Assembly: GCA_963556905.1 (NCBI GenBank)
Contig: CAUWAY010000001.1
Location: forward strand, 23,709 to 87,708
Origin: an uncultured Clostridia bacterium
Lineage (GTDB): Bacteria; Bacillota; Clostridia; TANB77; CAG-508
Reading direction: 5' to 3'
DNA: 64,000 nucleotides
Position numbers and translations under genes: made by a program. Below are positions 19,126 through 28,813 of this stretch, piece after piece; within the stretch, counting starts at the first letter, position 1; every line of letters begins with the position of its first letter. The notes below the pieces were generated by a model, which saw nothing but the letters and a program-made list of their open reading frames with translations, was not told the origin of the DNA and made no database searches.

Positions 19126-19239
19126 TTAACCTTGTCTTTGTTTGTGTTTTGGGTTTTCACAAATAACTCTAATTACACCTTTTCTTTTTATTACTTTGCA
19201 TTTGTCACATATTTTCTTTACTGATGGTCTAACTTTCAT
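19126..19239 (-). CDS. rpmJ: 50S ribosomal protein L36
   Basis: Below the ORF-track size cutoff. My own translation is [37 protein letters not shown], behind a GGAGGTG RBS. Confidence 0.9.
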   Translation of the reverse strand: MKVRPSVKKICDKCKVIKRKGVIRVICENPKHKQRQG

Positions 19240-19373
19240 TTCTTTGCACCTCCTTGAACTGTCTTTGGACATTCCTTAGCTGCCGCATTCCACTTTGGCT
19301 AAGGAACATCCTTCGCCTGTTGTGTTACTTTCTTGTCCTCTAACTTATATATTTTTGGGTTAATTACATTGTT

Positions 19374-19592
19374 TTATTTTGCTCTCCAAGTAATTCTTCC
19401 TCTTGTTAAATCATATGGTGATAATTCAACTTTAACTTTATCTCCTGGTAATATTTTTATGTAATTCATTCTAAGTTTTCCTGAAATATGTGCTAATATT
19501 TGATGCCCATTTTCAAGTTCTACTTTGAAAGTAGTGTTTGGTAGTGTTTCTACTACTGTTCCTTCTACTTCTATAATATCTTCCTTTGCCAA
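19374..19592 (-). CDS. infA: translation initiation factor IF-1
   Basis: (M)[27 protein letters not shown], 72 aa. The likely start is TTG at 19592, 9 nt after GGAGG. The track ORF extends to 19619. Confidence 0.9.
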   Translation of the reverse strand: MAKEDIIEVEGTVVETLPNTTFKVELENGHQILAHISGKLRMNYIKILPGDKVKVELSPYDLTRGRITWRAK

Positions 19593-19754
19593 GTTTTTTA
19601 CCTCCTTCTTAAAGAGCATTTAAAATCCATAATCACTTATTCTTTTTTTAGAAATTTTATATTTTTCTAAAATGCTTTTTGTGACCTAGATTTTACTTTA
19701 TTTCTGCTATAATTTGCAAAATTATAGTTTTAACTCATACATTATACATCATTT

Positions 19755-20525
19755 TTATATCATTGTCAAGATTTCTGGCTCATTTTCTGTAATTAATATT
19801 GTATTTTCATAATGTGCTGCAAGTGAACCGTCTTCTGTTATTATTGTCCAGCCATCTTCTAGTTCTAATATATTAGGTTTTCCTTGTATTACCATTGGTT
19901 CTATTGCAAGTGTCATTCCTGGTTCTAATCTTATTCCTCTTCCTGCTTTTCCATAGTTTGGTATTCCTGGTTCTTCATGCATTTCTTTTCCTATTCCATG
20001 TCCTTCAAATTCTCTTACTACTGAATATCCTTGTGATTTTACATATTCTCCTATTGCGTGTGAAATATCTCCTAGTCTGTTTCCTTTTCTTGCATATTTT
20101 ATTCCTTCAAAAAATGCTTGCTTTGTTACTTCTACAAGTCTTTTTGCTTCTTTTGATACATTTCCAACCATGTATGTTCTGGCTGCATCTCCATTATATC
20201 CATTTTTTAATGCTACCAAATCTACACTTACTATGTCTCCTTCTTTTATTATTTTATTTTTTGATGGTATTCCATGTATTACTTCATCATTTACAGATAT
20301 ACATGTTGATGCTGGATATGGTGGTATTCCTCTTATTCCTGGGTCATATCCTTTTTCTGCTGATATCGCTCCATATTTTTTCATTGTTTGTTCTGCTATT
20401 TTGTCTAAATCTAAAGTTGTTATTCCTGGTTTTATTGCTTCTTCTATTGCTTTGTGCACTAATGCTGTTACTTTTCCAGCTTCTTTCATTAATTCTATTT
20501 CTTTTTTAGATTTTATTGTTACCAT
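19755..20525 (-). CDS. map: type I methionine aminopeptidase
   Basis: MVTIKSKKEIELMKEAG..., with metal ligands in the VDLV, GDAARTY, HGIG and EPM blocks. The start was refined to Met-14 of the track ORF. Confidence 0.9.
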   Translation of the reverse strand: MVTIKSKKEIELMKEAGKVTALVHKAIEEAIKPGITTLDLDKIAEQTMKKYGAISAEKGYDPGIRGIPPYPASTCISVNDEVIHGIPSKNKIIKEGDIVSVDLVALKNGYNGDAARTYMVGNVSKEAKRLVEVTKQAFFEGIKYARKGNRLGDISHAIGEYVKSQGYSVVREFEGHGIGKEMHEEPGIPNYGKAGRGIRLEPGMTLAIEPMVIQGKPNILELEDGWTIITEDGSLAAHYENTILITENEPEILTMI

Positions 20526-20565
20526 TTTTTTGACTTCCTTTCTTAATTGCTTTTTCTGGTACAAT

Positions 20566-21240
20566 TTATTTTAAGTTGTTTCTTATTTCTTTTACTATCT
20601 CTTCTGCAACATCTTTTCCCATTCTGTTTATTGCTATACTTACTGTTTCTGCTTTTAATACTCCTTTTTTTGTGTAGTATTCTACTAGCGGACTTGTTTT
20701 TTCTTCATATATTTCTAGTCTTCTTTTTATTGCTTCTGGATCTGAGTCATCTGCTCTTTGTTTTAGTGATGAACCACATTTGTCGCATATTCCATCTTTT
20801 ATTGGCGGATGTAATTTTATGTTATATGTTGCTTTGCATTCTTGGTTTGTACATACTCTTCTTGTTAACATTCTGTCTACAAGTTCTTCTTTTGGTGTTA
20901 TTAAGTTTATTACTAGGTCTATTTTTTCTCCTTTTTCTTTTAATATTTCATCTAGTTTTTCTGCTTGCTCTATTGTTCTTGGGAATCCGTCTAATATTAC
21001 TCCTTTTTTTGCATCTTCCCATGTTAATCTATCTTCTACCATTGGTACTGTTATTTCGTCTGGTACTAAGTTTCCTTTTGATATATATTTGTCTGCTTCT
21101 ATTCCTAGCGTTGTTTGTTCACTTATGTTTTTTCTGAATATGTCTCCTGTTGATATTTGTGGTAGTCCTGTTTGCTCACTTATTAATCCTGCAACAGTTC
21201 CTTTTCCAGTTCCTTGTGCTCCTAACATTATAATATTCAT
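20566..21240 (-). CDS. adk: adenylate kinase (zinc-lid type)
   Basis: MNIIMLGAQGTGKGT P-loop, GFPRT, and a CxxC...CDKC lid. Confidence 0.95.
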   Translation of the reverse strand: MNIIMLGAQGTGKGTVAGLISEQTGLPQISTGDIFRKNISEQTTLGIEADKYISKGNLVPDEITVPMVEDRLTWEDAKKGVILDGFPRTIEQAEKLDEILKEKGEKIDLVINLITPKEELVDRMLTRRVCTNQECKATYNIKLHPPIKDGICDKCGSSLKQRADDSDPEAIKRRLEIYEEKTSPLVEYYTKKGVLKAETVSIAINRMGKDVAEEIVKEIRNNLK

Positions 21241-21283
21241 ATATTTATCCTCCCTTTTTGTTTATCTCTTTTAGAATAGATTT

Positions 21284-21312
21284 ATTTTAGCTTATTTCTT
21301 GCTTTTTGTCAA
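21284..21312 (-). promoter_or_regulatory. candidate sigma-A promoter for adk
   Basis: Minus strand TTGACA (21312..21307), 17-nt spacer, TAAAAT (21289..21284), about 40 nt upstream of the adk RBS. Confidence 0.45.
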
Positions 21313-21660
21313 TTGATTTATGGTATTATTTGTTTTTTGATGACATATTTATTTGCTGTGTACATTTACGCAATAAGTGTAGTAACATGTTATCACTACA
21401 CTTATTATTTTTACTCTTATCACAGATTATTTCTGTATTATTGTACAATCCTATAATTCCCTGTATTTGGATTCTTTTCGAGTTGGATATTAGATTGTAG
21501 GCCACTTGGTTCGCATTTCTAATCTTATTGCTTTTAATGAAACAAATTGCTTTTGTTCAAAAACAAACTCAAGTCACTGATGTTGTAAGCATATCAGTTG
21601 TACTTAACAAAGAAGATTTTGAAGATCCAATACCGAGCAAGAGAAGATCAGATTTCTCTT

Positions 21661-21694
21661 AGAAAGAGGGAACCATAACTTGTTCCCTCTTTCT
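21661..21694. terminator. bidirectional rho-independent terminator
   Basis: Perfect 13-bp stem AGAAAGAGGGAAC/GTTCCCTCTTTCT, flanked by A/T runs. It lies directly after the RsiV-like gene. Confidence 0.7.
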
Positions 21695-21708
21695 TTATAT
21701 TATTCATA

Positions 21709-22596
21709 TTATTTAAAATCTTCTTTTAAAAATTTTTCATAAACCTTTTTGTCAATTTCGAATTCAGGTGCGCCACTTGAACCAGGTCCAACCTCATACT
21801 TATCAAATACTATAACTATATTTCCATTTTCTGAAAAGTAAAAATTCTGCTCATTATCTACTCTTCTAAAACTCCATTCTTTTGATTCTTCATCAAACCA
21901 ATAAACTATATTATCATTTTCCTTCATCTTCGAAATCATTTGCCTTTTTATTTCCGTACTTATAGCATCTTTATAATCTTCATTTATAAATAAATCTGAT
22001 AATTTTATTATTTTATCTGTTCTTTTATCTAAATGATAATACTTATATTGAACATCACTACTTGCTAATGTTTGAATTATTGTTAGTTTCAATGTAAACC
22101 ACTTATTACTATTTGTTATTATATGTGGTTTAATTTCAATTGAAAAATGATTTTCTGGATTCCTTTCAAAATAATATTGGTCAATAAATTTTTGTGTTAG
22201 AGCTTTTACATCTTCATTTATAGTTTCATTAGACTCACTTTTTGAACCATCGTCATTTTCTATGTTTGGTACCTCTGCATTTAATTCACTATTTCCTTCT
22301 TTATCAAAATAATTTTTTATCGTTATTACTTTAACAATATTTCCTACTATAGGCCATTGTTGCATAGCATATGATATTTTAGGACTAATATTAGGTAACA
22401 ATATAAAACTTGCTAATACTATTGCTGTTGCAAATTTTAAAGTATATCCCCATAATGGTTTTATATTATTTTTTTGTTTTTCTTCTTTTATTAAGTTTTC
22501 CAGTGTGGCATCTATAAGTTTACTGTACTTATCTGAAGCTTTTACGTTTTCCTTTTGGGCAATTTTCCTTATTTTTTTATCATCTAAAAAGTTCAT
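21709..22596 (-). CDS. anti-sigma factor, RsiV-like (single TM, DUF3298-like extracytoplasmic domain)
   Basis: Overlaps the upstream ECF sigma gene by 4 nt (ATGA). It has a central TM (FATAIVLASFILLP). The C-terminal block IVFDKYEVGPGSSGAPEFEI resembles the PdaC/RsiV domain. Confidence 0.6.
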   Translation of the reverse strand: MNFLDDKKIRKIAQKENVKASDKYSKLIDATLENLIKEEKQKNNIKPLWGYTLKFATAIVLASFILLPNISPKISYAMQQWPIVGNIVKVITIKNYFDKEGNSELNAEVPNIENDDGSKSESNETINEDVKALTQKFIDQYYFERNPENHFSIEIKPHIITNSNKWFTLKLTIIQTLASSDVQYKYYHLDKRTDKIIKLSDLFINEDYKDAISTEIKRQMISKMKENDNIVYWFDEESKEWSFRRVDNEQNFYFSENGNIVIVFDKYEVGPGSSGAPEFEIDKKVYEKFLKEDFK

Positions 22597-23063
22597 AATT
22601 CCATAACCTCCTTAATTTTTTCTCTCCCTCTCGATAATTGCTTTTTTACTGCATCTACATTTGTTCCAGTTATTTTACTTATTTCTTTTATTGACATATC
22701 TTCATAATAAAATAGTGTTATTACTGTTCTATAAGGCTGTTTTAGTTCTTGTACTGCATTCCAAAGAGATAAATTAGTATCAATGTCTTCTTTTTCTGAC
22801 TGTATATCTTCTTGTTCTATGTCTAAATAGTTTTTCTTACTATTTATAATTTCAAAAGAAACATTTGTTAATATTTTATAAATCCACGTTTTAAATTTCT
22901 TTTTATCTTTTAAGTTTTCTAAATTTTTATAAGATTTATAAATAGTTTCTTGAACTGCATCTTGAGCATCTGCTTCATTTTTTAATATACTATATGAAAG
23001 CCTATACATACCATTTTCTAAGTTTTTAACATTTTTACAAAACCATTCTTTTTGGTCTATCAT
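22593..23063 (-). CDS. ECF-type RNA polymerase sigma factor (SigV-like context)
   Basis: Region 2 is DAQDAVQETIYKSYKN...FKTWIYKILTN. Region 4 is ITLFYYEDMSIKEISKITGTNVDAVKKQLSRGREKI. Confidence 0.8.
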   Translation of the reverse strand: MIDQKEWFCKNVKNLENGMYRLSYSILKNEADAQDAVQETIYKSYKNLENLKDKKKFKTWIYKILTNVSFEIINSKKNYLDIEQEDIQSEKEDIDTNLSLWNAVQELKQPYRTVITLFYYEDMSIKEISKITGTNVDAVKKQLSRGREKIKEVMEL

Positions 23064-23068
23064 TAATA

Positions 23069-23917
23069 TTAGCCCCCTTTTTCTACTGCATTTTGGCTTA
23101 ACCAGTTACTCCACTCTTTATAATATTTCGCATAAATATGAACATTATCTTTTGTGTATTCTGAATTTAAGTTTCCATTTTTATCATCAAATTTTTCATT
23201 CACGTCTATATAAAAAATTTTTTTGTTATCTGCTAGTTTAGATATTTCATTATTAAAATTATTAATATTAGTATTATTTATTATTTTATCTTTGCTTGAT
23301 TTTTCTGCTGTTACATGTAAATTGCCTTGTATATATATTATAGCATCGCTTTGAGTCTTTCTTATATATTCTATTAATTTTTTATAGTTTTCTATTGTTT
23401 TTTTTGTATTATATCCTAGTTCATTTATTCCTAGCATGACATATACTTTTTGAAATTTTTTAGATTTTAGTAGTTGTTCTAATTTCAGTTTTCCAACTTT
23501 AGGTACTGATACAGATTTTTCAAATACATTATATACACTCATTCCAGTATTTGCAAAAAATGTTGCATTATTTATGTTTCCATATTCTGATATTCCTACT
23601 GTTCTAGAGTCTCCTATAAATAGTGCATCATCAAAATATGTTTTCTCTACTTTTTGTACCTTATTATTTTCTTGTGTTTCTTTATTTTCTTCTTGTACTT
23701 CCGTAATTTGAGTTTTTTCTTCTTCTATCGTTTCATTTTTTTGAGCTACTTTTTCTTCATTTATATTTTGATTTATTTCTTCTTTAATTTGTGTCTCTGC
23801 CTTTTCAATATTATTTAAACTTGTAGCAGATTTATCTTTTCCAACACTTTTTATTATTAGAAATCCTATTATTATAAAAAATGTACTAATAACTATAATT
23901 ATTCTTGTTTTTTTCAT
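23069..23917 (-). CDS. secreted/anchored SGNH (GDSL-like) hydrolase or acyltransferase
   Basis: N-terminal TM followed by SGNH blocks FIGDSRT, GINELG and DNVH. Confidence 0.6.
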   Translation of the reverse strand: MKKTRIIIVISTFFIIIGFLIIKSVGKDKSATSLNNIEKAETQIKEEINQNINEEKVAQKNETIEEEKTQITEVQEENKETQENNKVQKVEKTYFDDALFIGDSRTVGISEYGNINNATFFANTGMSVYNVFEKSVSVPKVGKLKLEQLLKSKKFQKVYVMLGINELGYNTKKTIENYKKLIEYIRKTQSDAIIYIQGNLHVTAEKSSKDKIINNTNINNFNNEISKLADNKKIFYIDVNEKFDDKNGNLNSEYTKDNVHIYAKYYKEWSNWLSQNAVEKGG

Positions 23918-23934
23918 TTTACTTCATCCTTTCT

Positions 23935-25311
23935 TTAAAAACTAAAATATAAAAATGGATTATTTAAACCTATGTATAAGTAATAAATAGAACTAGCCAA
24001 AATAAGTGCTAATAATAATGTACTTAATATAGTATTTTTTTTAGTTAAAAATATTTTTTCAGGTAATTTAGTAGCACATACTATTCCAGCTATAATTAAA
24101 ATTCCATATATTTTTATGTATTTTACAAAGTCTAATATATAAAGCCCTTCATTCCATATAAATAATTTGCTAAACATTATTTGTATTTGTTGTATATCTG
24201 TTATTGCAAAAATCGACCAAGTTATTGGAATTAAAATTAACATATATATATGTCCTAAAAATTTATATTTTTGCAAATATCTGCCTATCCATAACTTTTC
24301 TATTACTATTATAAAAAATATAAATAGTCCCCATATTATAAAATTATAATTTGCTCCATGCCATAGCCCTGTAAGTATCCATACTACAAATAAATTAAAA
24401 ATCATTCGTAGTCTTCCTTTTCGGTTTCCTCCCAAGGGAATATATATGTAATTTTTAAACCAATTTCCTAATGTTATATGCCATCTTCTGAAAAATTCTG
24501 TCATACTTGTCGCTAAATATGGTGTTTTAAAATTAGTTGGAAGCTTAAATCCCATAATTTTTCCAAGGCCTATTGCCATTAAAGAATATCCACAAAAGTC
24601 AAAATATATTTGCAAAGAATATCCTATTATGCCAAGCCAAGCGAGTCCTGTTGAAATACTTTCAATTCCAATCATATTAATATCATTCCACAAACATCCT
24701 ATTCTATTTGCTAATAATACTTTAAATCCTAGTCCTACAATAAAATATTTTACTCCTCTTACAATATTTTGAATATTATGGCTTCTTTTTTCTAATTGTC
24801 TACTTATATTATCATATGTTACAATTGGTCCTGATACTAACTGTGGAAACATTAATACATACATTCCATATTTTATTATAGATTTTTCAGATTCATATTT
24901 TCCTTTATATATGTCTACTAAATAAGATATTGACTGAAATGTATAAAAACTTATTCCTATTGGTAATAGTAAATTTAATTGTTTTATATGAATTTTGCTT
25001 ACATCTAATATTATTGCAATTATAAAGTCCAAATATTTGAATACTATAAGCCATATTAAGTTATATATAATTCCAATTATAAGTATCTTTTTACTTTTTG
25101 TTTTCTCTATTTTATTTCCTATAATATAATTTACTAAAATTGTAAATAATAATAGTATAATATAATATGGATGTTCTCTTGCACCTACTATATAAAATAT
25201 AAGACTTCCTATCAGTAAAATGTAGTTTCTATATTTGGCTGATGTTACAAAATATAGAATTAAAAATATTGGCAAAAAAATAAATATAAATTCTAAGCTA
25301 CTAAATATCAT
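23935..25311 (-). CDS. MBOAT family O-acyltransferase (AlgI/DltB/PatA-like)
   Basis: 458 aa and polytopic. It has FFRRWHITLGNWFKNYIYIPLGGNR and the conserved His in LWHGA. Confidence 0.8.
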   Translation of the reverse strand: MIFSSLEFIFIFLPIFLILYFVTSAKYRNYILLIGSLIFYIVGAREHPYYIILLLFTILVNYIIGNKIEKTKSKKILIIGIIYNLIWLIVFKYLDFIIAIILDVSKIHIKQLNLLLPIGISFYTFQSISYLVDIYKGKYESEKSIIKYGMYVLMFPQLVSGPIVTYDNISRQLEKRSHNIQNIVRGVKYFIVGLGFKVLLANRIGCLWNDINMIGIESISTGLAWLGIIGYSLQIYFDFCGYSLMAIGLGKIMGFKLPTNFKTPYLATSMTEFFRRWHITLGNWFKNYIYIPLGGNRKGRLRMIFNLFVVWILTGLWHGANYNFIIWGLFIFFIIVIEKLWIGRYLQKYKFLGHIYMLILIPITWSIFAITDIQQIQIMFSKLFIWNEGLYILDFVKYIKIYGILIIAGIVCATKLPEKIFLTKKNTILSTLLLALILASSIYYLYIGLNNPFLYFSF

Positions 25312-25405
25312 TTGTAATCCCTTTCTTAATTTTCGTTCTACTTTTTAGACGAATTTAATGATATAAAAGTGACAAAAAATTTATATTTTTTTATTTCTTT
25401 CTTAT

Positions 25406-25915
25406 TTATCTTTCATCTTGTTCTTCTAATTGCTTTATTCTTCCTAGTCTTTGAATAATTTTTTTTACATCTTCTTTTTGCAAACCTTCTCCTAATCCTT
25501 TTCCATTTCCATTAGATATTTTTATTAATTTGTTAATTAAATTTTCATCATATGAATCAAATATTTCATCATCTAATATTACAAAGTCTTCTGTGTCTTT
25601 GTTTTCAGAAATCCACAGTTTAATTTCTTCTCCTCTTTCATTTTCTAGAAATTTAGTTGTATCTGTTAGAAAAACTCCATTTTGTAATAATAATTGTTTT
25701 AAATGTGGTAAATATTTTGTTAGTCTCCATGAAGACGTTAATACTACTTTTGCTCCTGTTTCATCTATTGCTCTTTTTAATAATCTTATCTTTTGGGCAT
25801 CTACTGCTTTTTCAATTCCTTTTACATTTGATTCTTTCATTTTATTTATATATTCATCTGAATTAAGTACTCCATCTATATCTAAAAAAATAACTTTCAT
25901 AATAACATTCTCCAT
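25406..25915 (-). CDS. HAD-like phosphatase domain protein
   Basis: VIFLDIDGVLNS (DxDG motif), ..TSSWR.., and a FVILDDE acidic motif. Confidence 0.5.
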   Translation of the reverse strand: MENVIMKVIFLDIDGVLNSDEYINKMKESNVKGIEKAVDAQKIRLLKRAIDETGAKVVLTSSWRLTKYLPHLKQLLLQNGVFLTDTTKFLENERGEEIKLWISENKDTEDFVILDDEIFDSYDENLINKLIKISNGNGKGLGEGLQKEDVKKIIQRLGRIKQLEEQDER

Positions 25916-25970
25916 TTTTTTTTGTGATGTTTGTATTATATCAGATTTTTATTAAATTTTAAATATCTAA

Positions 25971-26459
25971 TTAAATTTTTATTAATAATATTATAATACC
26001 TATTATTAATAAAGTTGCTATTATTCCTATTGGTGATTTTATAAATAATAATATTTTTCCTATTTTACTTATTTTGAATTTATATATTCCTTCTACTTGT
26101 TTTGGTAAAATGTGTTTGCTGTCTTCTGTATTGTTATTATCTCCTTTTGTTATATATTTTCCTTCATTTTCTTCTTTAATTATATCAACAATTCTATGTG
26201 TTACTATTGTTTCATCATCTTGAAATGCTATAATATCTCCTTTTTTTAATTTTTCATTTTTCGTTTCTTTTACTACTATTACATCTCCAGCATAAAATTC
26301 AGGTTCCATAGAACCTGATAGTACAATAAATGTTTTCCATCCTAAAATTCCTGGTGTTTTTTCTTTATATATAAGTACTTTGATTAATGTTGTAGTACTT
26401 ACTAATATAATTATTGTTAATATTAATATTTTGATAACTTTCTTTAATTTTGTGGACAT
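25971..26459 (-). CDS. signal peptidase I, SipW (archaeal/ER) type
   Basis: N-terminal and C-terminal TMs, with LSGSMEP (catalytic Ser), THRIV (His) and KGDNNN..D motifs. Confidence 0.7.
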   Translation of the reverse strand: MSTKLKKVIKILILTIIILVSTTTLIKVLIYKEKTPGILGWKTFIVLSGSMEPEFYAGDVIVVKETKNEKLKKGDIIAFQDDETIVTHRIVDIIKEENEGKYITKGDNNNTEDSKHILPKQVEGIYKFKISKIGKILLFIKSPIGIIATLLIIGIIILLIKI

Positions 26460-26607
26460 CTTTATTTTCTCCTTGCTTTATAAATTCGTTATGTTTTATA
26501 ATAGCATATTATTATAAAATTGTAAATATTTGTAATTTTTTATTTTCTGATAATCTTTAAAATTTTTATTGAATATTTTTAGTTTTTGCATTATAATATA
26601 TATGTAT

Positions 26608-26960
26608 GGGGATGTAATGGTTTCGACATTATATTTGAAACACAAATAGCGAGTAGTGGATTCTCGTTGGCCACTTAAAAAACGAGAGTTTAAATATAAA
26701 CGCTGATAATAATAAAGAATTAGCTTTTGCTGCTTAGTTGCAGCAACGCCTGTTAAGATATCCCCACATATTTTAATTTGGTGTCATTTAGTGGGAAACA
26801 AAACTGCTTTTTCTACGTAAGCAGTGGGTATTTAGTAGATATATTTAATTGTCGTTTGTTTGTTAATGATTTTTAAATGAAGTTTTATAACATTCTGCAC
26901 TCGGAGAAGTTTGTGTGAATTTTATAGTGGACAGGGGTTCAATTCCCCTCATCTCCACCA
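26608..26960 (+). ncRNA. ssrA: tmRNA (SsrA)
   Basis: 5' GGGGATGTAATGGTTTCGACA. The 3' tRNA-like end is GGACAGGGGTTCAATTCCCCTCATCTCCACCA. The tag ORF is GCT GAT AAT AAT AAA GAA TTA GCT TTT GCT GCT TAG (26702..26737), giving (A)DNNKELAFAA. Confidence 0.92.
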
Positions 26961-26987
26961 ATGACGTTTCTGTTCAAACTAAATTGA

Positions 26988-27035
26988 ACAGATAGATATG
27001 AAAATCAATCAGAAATGGTTGATTTTTTTGTTGCC
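26988..27035 (+). repeat. direct repeat copy 1 (contains the ssrA-distal terminator hairpin); putative att remnant
   Basis: ACAGATAGATATGAAAATCAATCAGAAATGGTTGATTTTTTTGTTG is repeated at 28485..28528 with a few mismatches. Confidence 0.7.
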
Positions 27036-27195
27036 TTTCATTAAAAAAGAAGAGATGGTATGATATGATAAGTACTGTAAAGAATAATTTATATTTATAA
27101 AATAAAACTTAAAAAAAGTGCCAATAATTATGTATTTAGCTAGAGGCTCTTTATTTAATGCCTACCCATTCAAAGTGAAGTGAGGATTTAAAAAT

Positions 27196-27270
27196 ATAAA
27201 TGAAGAAAGAAAGGTAGCAGGAACTTATATTCGTATAAGTACAGGAAATCAAGTAAGGGAACTGATTTAG
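27196..27270 (+). pseudogene. remnant of a serine recombinase N-terminus
   Basis: My own translation is INEERKVAGTYIRISTGNQVRELI*. The (K)V..YIR.ST..Q catalytic-serine block is present, there is no start codon, and it is truncated after 24 codons. Confidence 0.45.
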
Positions 27271-27398
27271 TTTAGGAGAACAAATTGTATTATTTTACAA
27301 AGACAATAAATAAAAAAATATATAAATAATGGAAAACACTTGGCAATAGTAAACAAGTGTTTTGTATTGTATATAGTTTTATATAAGGATGTGAAATT

Positions 27399-28364
27399 AT
27401 GGAACATGAAATAAATAATTTGGTAGTTCAAGACAACATATCAAATGAAGAAATAAAAAATTTAATATATACAATAAGAGAAAAACAAGTAATGTTAGAT
27501 AGTGATGTTGCAATGTTGTATCATTATCCTACTAAAAGAATAAATGAAACTGTAAATAGAAATAAACAAAGATTTCCTGATAATTTTTGTTTTCAATTAA
27601 CAGAAGAAGAATATAAATTTTTAAGATGCAAAAATTTTACCTTAAACGAGGTTAATTCAGAAAATATAATTGAAGATAAATCTTTAAGGTCGCAATTTGC
27701 GACCTTAGAAGAAAATACTGGTAGAGGTAAACATCGTAAATACTTACCATATGTTTTTACAGAACAAGGAATAGCAATGTTATCAGGTTTACTAAAAAAT
27801 GATATAGCAATTCAAGTAAGTATAAATATTATGAATGCATTTGTAGAAATGAGAAAATTTTTAGCTGTAAATGGACAACTATTCGAGAGATTAACAAATG
27901 TAGAATATAAATTATTAGAACATGACAAAAAATTTGATAAAGTATTTGACCAATTACAAAATGAAGAAAATATAAAACAAAAAATATTCTTTGAAGGTCA
28001 AATATATGATGCATACAGTTTAATAATTGATATTATCAAAAAAGCAAATAAGAAGATTTTAATAATAGATAATTATATAGATGATAGTATTTTAAAAATG
28101 CTTACAAAAAAGAATAAGAATGTAGAAGTTGTAATATTAACATCTGATAAAAGTACTATACAGAAAATTGATATACAAAAGTTTAATAAAGAATATCCAA
28201 TATTAAAAGTTGCTAAAACAACTAAATTTCACGACAGATTTATAGTAATAGATAATAAAGAAATGTACCATTTAGGCGCTTCAATAAAAGATTTTGGAAA
28301 AAAATGTTTTGGAATTAATAAAATTGAAGGTTTAGATATTATAGAAAAGATTGTTAATTTATAA
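27399..28364 (+). CDS. ORF6N (KilA-N-related) DNA-binding domain protein with PLD-like C-terminal region
   Basis: IREKQVMLDSDVAMLYHYPTKRINETVNRNKQRFPDNFCFQLTEEE is the ORF6N signature. The C-terminus has FHDRFIVID...LGASIKDFGKK. Confidence 0.7.
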   Translation: MEHEINNLVVQDNISNEEIKNLIYTIREKQVMLDSDVAMLYHYPTKRINETVNRNKQRFPDNFCFQLTEEEYKFLRCKNFTLNEVNSENIIEDKSLRSQFATLEENTGRGKHRKYLPYVFTEQGIAMLSGLLKNDIAIQVSINIMNAFVEMRKFLAVNGQLFERLTNVEYKLLEHDKKFDKVFDQLQNEENIKQKIFFEGQIYDAYSLIIDIIKKANKKILIIDNYIDDSILKMLTKKNKNVEVVILTSDKSTIQKIDIQKFNKEYPILKVAKTTKFHDRFIVIDNKEMYHLGASIKDFGKKCFGINKIEGLDIIEKIVNL

Positions 28365-28431
28365 AGGCTAAAAAAGCATGTTTGTGCATCAATAATATCT
28401 TTGATTATTATAATATGGCTTAAGCTAAAGA

Positions 28432-28464
28432 AAAACACATAAATGAAAAACATTTATGTGTTTT
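28432..28464 (+). terminator. rho-independent terminator after the ORF6N gene
   Basis: 14-bp stem AAAACACATAAATG/CATTTATGTGTTTT with an AAAAA loop. Confidence 0.65.
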
Positions 28465-28484
28465 CAAGTGAACTTTTTTATAAG

Positions 28485-28528
28485 ACAGATGATATGAAAA
28501 TCGATCAGAAATGGTTGATTTTTTGTTG
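28485..28528 (+). repeat. direct repeat copy 2
   Basis: ACAGATGATATGAAAATCGATCAGAAATGGTTGATTTTTTGTTG matches 26988..27035. Confidence 0.7.
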
Positions 28529-28813
28529 TGAAAAAAGAATGGTCCTCAAAATTTATTCTCAAAAAGAAGTTTTGAATAGAATTTGTATTTATGAGGAGTG
28601 AATACAAGCCTTATCGAAAATTTCACATCTTATTTGAATAATATTTTACATTCCTAAAAAATCTGTGTATAATAAATATATGAAATGACAATTCACAAAT
28701 GTGGTTTTGCCAGATAAATTGAGAAAATTCATATCTAAATAATTTTTAAAAAAACATTTTTTGATTATTTTTCATATTATACTAATATTTTATTTCATAT
28801 TATGGAGGTTTAG

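Larger units (their letters stand above)
27036..28484. mobile_element. decayed integrative islet next to ssrA
   Basis: Bounded by the ~45-bp direct repeat. It contains a serine-recombinase N-terminal stub and an ORF6N-type gene. tmRNA 3' ends are classic integration sites. Confidence 0.5.

Noticed and set aside
21306-21500. 64-aa plus-strand ORF in the adk upstream gap
   Set aside because: It has no RBS, an implausible composition, and it overlaps a hairpin and the adk promoter region. I treat the gap as non-coding.
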